Virus record (IMG/VR): IMGVR_UViG_3300014208_000039
Coordinates: 10,827-74,826 of that record
DNA: 64,000 nucleotides
Source of the DNA: a virus
Lineage: Duplodnaviria > Caudoviricetes
Reading direction: 5' to 3' (one strand)
Numbering within the stretch: the stretch's first letter is position 1; each line of letters opens with the position of its first letter. The position numbers and the translations under genes were made by a program. The notes beneath the pieces are model-generated. The model was given only the letters and a program-made list of their open reading frames with translations. It was not told the origin of the DNA and made no database searches. Positions 61,992 through 64,000 of the stretch are shown piece by piece.

Positions 61992-63071
61992 ATGATACAT
62001 ACATTACCAAAAGATTATTGGATTTATGAGGCTCCATTTCAAACAGGTATCCCTTCAAATCAGTTATATGTACATTTTTTTGATAGACTTCCATCTAAAG
62101 TAAAATTGAAAGAAAATTTTTCCTATGATGTGATTGAATATATCTTATCAAAGGGATATAGGATGCATATTAAAACATTAGCAAATGTAAAACGTAAAGA
62201 TAAAAAGGACGAAGAAATGTTGTTTATCCACGAAGAAGAAAAAATAATGATCGAAATTATCTATGATTCAAACGCAAATGACAAAGAATTGTTGGAAATT
62301 TCGGTTTATTATAACTCTTTGGATAAAAAGGATATTGATATTTCAATAATTGAAGAAATAAGGTCTAAATATACTAAAATTGATGCTAAGACTGACATTA
62401 AGTTGTTGAAAAGTGAAAATGGTTATTTAGATACCGAGGATTTTAATCTTAATATTCCTGAGGTAAATATTGAATTAAATTATGGTAAAGGATTTACTAA
62501 AGTTTATGAAAGAATTATTGAAAAATTAAACACCAAATTTGTGTCTGGAATTGTTTTGTTACATGGCGATCCTGGTACAGGTAAAACAACATTTATAAAG
62601 CATCTAACTAGCCTTATAAAAGATAAGGATATAATTTTTATTCCCCCATCAACAGCCGAAGCGTTGTCGGAACCATCAATTATACCATTTTTAATGGATC
62701 ATAGAAATTCAATTTTAATTATTGAAGATGCCGAAAAAGTTATATCTGATAGAGAATCGGGAGGTTCGTCAGTTGGTGTATCTAATATTCTTAATTTAAC
62801 AGATGGAATTCTTGGAGATTGTTTGAATATTCAAATTATAGCTACTTTTAATATGAAAAAAGAAAGAATTGATAAGGCTCTTTTACGTAAAGGGAGATTG
62901 ATTGCTGAACATAAGTTTTCTAATTTATCAGTTGCCGACTCTAATGCATTATTAAAATATCTTGGTAAGGACAATAAAGTAACAGTTCCGACATCATTAG
63001 CGGATATCTATAATATAGATACCGAAATCTTCAAAGAAGACGATAATGTCAAAAAAATAGGATTTAGTTAA
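61992..63071 (+). CDS. AAA+ ATPase
   Basis: Walker A GDPGTGKT, Walker B LIIEDAE, ILNLTDG, IDKALLRKGRL (second region of homology). Confidence 0.85.
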   Translation: MIHTLPKDYWIYEAPFQTGIPSNQLYVHFFDRLPSKVKLKENFSYDVIEYILSKGYRMHIKTLANVKRKDKKDEEMLFIHEEEKIMIEIIYDSNANDKELLEISVYYNSLDKKDIDISIIEEIRSKYTKIDAKTDIKLLKSENGYLDTEDFNLNIPEVNIELNYGKGFTKVYERIIEKLNTKFVSGIVLLHGDPGTGKTTFIKHLTSLIKDKDIIFIPPSTAEALSEPSIIPFLMDHRNSILIIEDAEKVISDRESGGSSVGVSNILNLTDGILGDCLNIQIIATFNMKKERIDKALLRKGRLIAEHKFSNLSVADSNALLKYLGKDNKVTVPTSLADIYNIDTEIFKEDDNVKKIGFS

Positions 63072-63072
63072 T

Positions 63073-63354
63073 ATGAAATACGATTTAACAATTTTCACTA
63101 TACCATTTTGTAGTTATTGTAATAGATTAAAGAAAAGATTAGACGAATTAAATATTCCTTATTTAGATTATGACGTAATTGAAAACAGTGAAGATTGGTT
63201 ATTAATTATTGATGAAATTGGTACAAATATTTTACCAACAACTTATATTAATGATATTAATAATAACCAAGGAAAGTTTTTCATTCCAGGAAAGGATTAT
63301 CAAACGGAGGATGATATTGTGGAAATTATAAAAACTTATTTTAATAATATGTAA
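63073..63354 (+). CDS. Glutaredoxin/NrdH-like redoxin
   Basis: FTIPFCSYC (CxxC), ILPT cis-Pro motif. Confidence 0.8.
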   Translation: MKYDLTIFTIPFCSYCNRLKKRLDELNIPYLDYDVIENSEDWLLIIDEIGTNILPTTYINDINNNQGKFFIPGKDYQTEDDIVEIIKTYFNNM

Positions 63355-63383
63355 AGGGGGATTTTTAATCCCCCTTTTTTTTT
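63353..63383. terminator. Terminator hairpin
   Basis: AAAGGGGGA tttttaa TCCCCCTTT plus T-run. Confidence 0.65.
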
Positions 63384-63453
63384 AATAAAAGTCTGATTTC
63401 AAGATAAAAGAATCAAAACAAAGTATTTATTTATAATAATACTTTTGTTATAA

Positions 63454-64000
63454 ATGACACTACAACGAATTAATTGGGTTCAGGTTGATACAGAGAATAT
63501 TCCTTCGGGGAATACTGTCACATTAGGAAGTACTGAACACCTATTTGAGCATGTATATACTAAAAATTTATCCGCAAATGGTGACGTAAATATTGATGGT
63601 AATGTAATTATTACTGGGGGTACATACTATGGAGATGGGTCTGGTTTATATAACATTCCTTCGAGTGGTGTTACAGGATTAGAGCTTAATAAAATAGTAA
63701 GTGGAAATACATTTGCGGAGATTTCGCCAGATAAAGGGTTTATTGTAAATACACAATCAACCATTGAAGGTAATTTAAATGTTACAGGTGGGACAATATT
63801 CATCAATGGTAGTGAAATAATATATGGGTCAAACGGAACATCTGGCACGAGCGGTTCATCAGGCACAAGAGGAACATCTGGCACGAGCGGTTCATCGGGC
63901 ACAAGAGGAACATCTGGCACGAGCGGTTCATCAGGCACAAGAGGAACATCTGGCACGAGCGGTTCATCAGGCACAAGAGGAACATCTGGCACGAGCGGTT
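63454..64000 (+). CDS. Fibre-like protein with collagen-like Gly-X-Y (GTS/GSS/GTR) repeats; 3'-truncated by the window edge
   Basis: Missed by the ORF track (no stop in window). MTLQRINWVQVDTEN...YYGDGSGLYNIP...GTSGTSGSSGTR repeats; TATTTATA at 63428-63435. Confidence 0.75.
   Translation, partial: MTLQRINWVQVDTENIPSGNTVTLGSTEHLFEHVYTKNLSANGDVNIDGNVIITGGTYYGDGSGLYNIPSSGVTGLELNKIVSGNTFAEISPDKGFIVNTQSTIEGNLNVTGGTIFINGSEIIYGSNGTSGTSGSSGTRGTSGTSGSSGTRGTSGTSGSSGTRGTSGTSGSSGTRGTSGTSG
63835..64000 (+). repeat. 36-nt tandem coding repeat (GTSGTSGSSGTR), at least 4.6 copies
   Basis: ggaacatctggcacgagcggttcatc(a/g)ggcacaaga, contiguous with no spacers. Confidence 0.9.

Noticed and set aside
63627-63992. 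Minus-strand ORFs 63627-63992 and 63803-63985
   Set aside because: Shadows of the + strand collagen-like repeat gene.
63835-64000. 36-nt repeats as a CRISPR array
   Set aside because: Units are contiguous with no spacers and are in frame in a Gly-X-Y coding sequence.
1-64000. Stop-codon reassignment, tRNA or rRNA genes
   Set aside because: Long conserved genes are uninterrupted under code 11, with TAA, TAG and TGA all used as stops; no cloverleaf or rRNA-like sequence was recognised in the short intergenic gaps.

Overview
A 64-kb, strongly AT-rich segment of a large dsDNA tailed phage with a T4-like contractile tail. Nearly all genes are on the + strand. The host is probably Bacteroidota, inferred from TAnnTTTG promoter motifs and from CHU_C, FISUMP, DUF6576-like and Hc1-like domains. 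Gene order: (1) 3' part of a large hub-like virion protein; (2) replication block with gp32-like SSB, RecA/UvsX, 5'-3' exonuclease, DnaB/gp41 helicase and class II ribonucleotide reductase carrying a 393-aa LAGLIDADG intein; (3) ~28-kb baseplate/appendage module (gp25, gp6/J, several unknown structural genes) interrupted by a solo TnpB; (4) RuvC, primase, PD-(D/E)XK nuclease, SbcD/SbcC-like pair; (5) ClpP, sigma-70, membrane/lysis candidates, degenerate amidase, putative head proteins, Hc1-like protein; (6) Dam, AAA+ ATPase, glutaredoxin and the start of a (Gly-X-Y)n Ser/Thr-rich fibre gene. The most striking item is a 2147-aa protein: a baseplate-type N-terminus, a Hint-fold domain that has lost its N-terminal catalytic residues but keeps the terminal His-Asn, a mucin-like Thr/Pro stalk, an Fn3-like domain and a type IX secretion type-B C-terminal domain. 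A neighbouring 1587-aa protein carries a hydrophobic segment, a circularly permuted FISUMP domain and delta-60 propeller repeats. All family assignments come from motif recognition by eye; no database searches were run.
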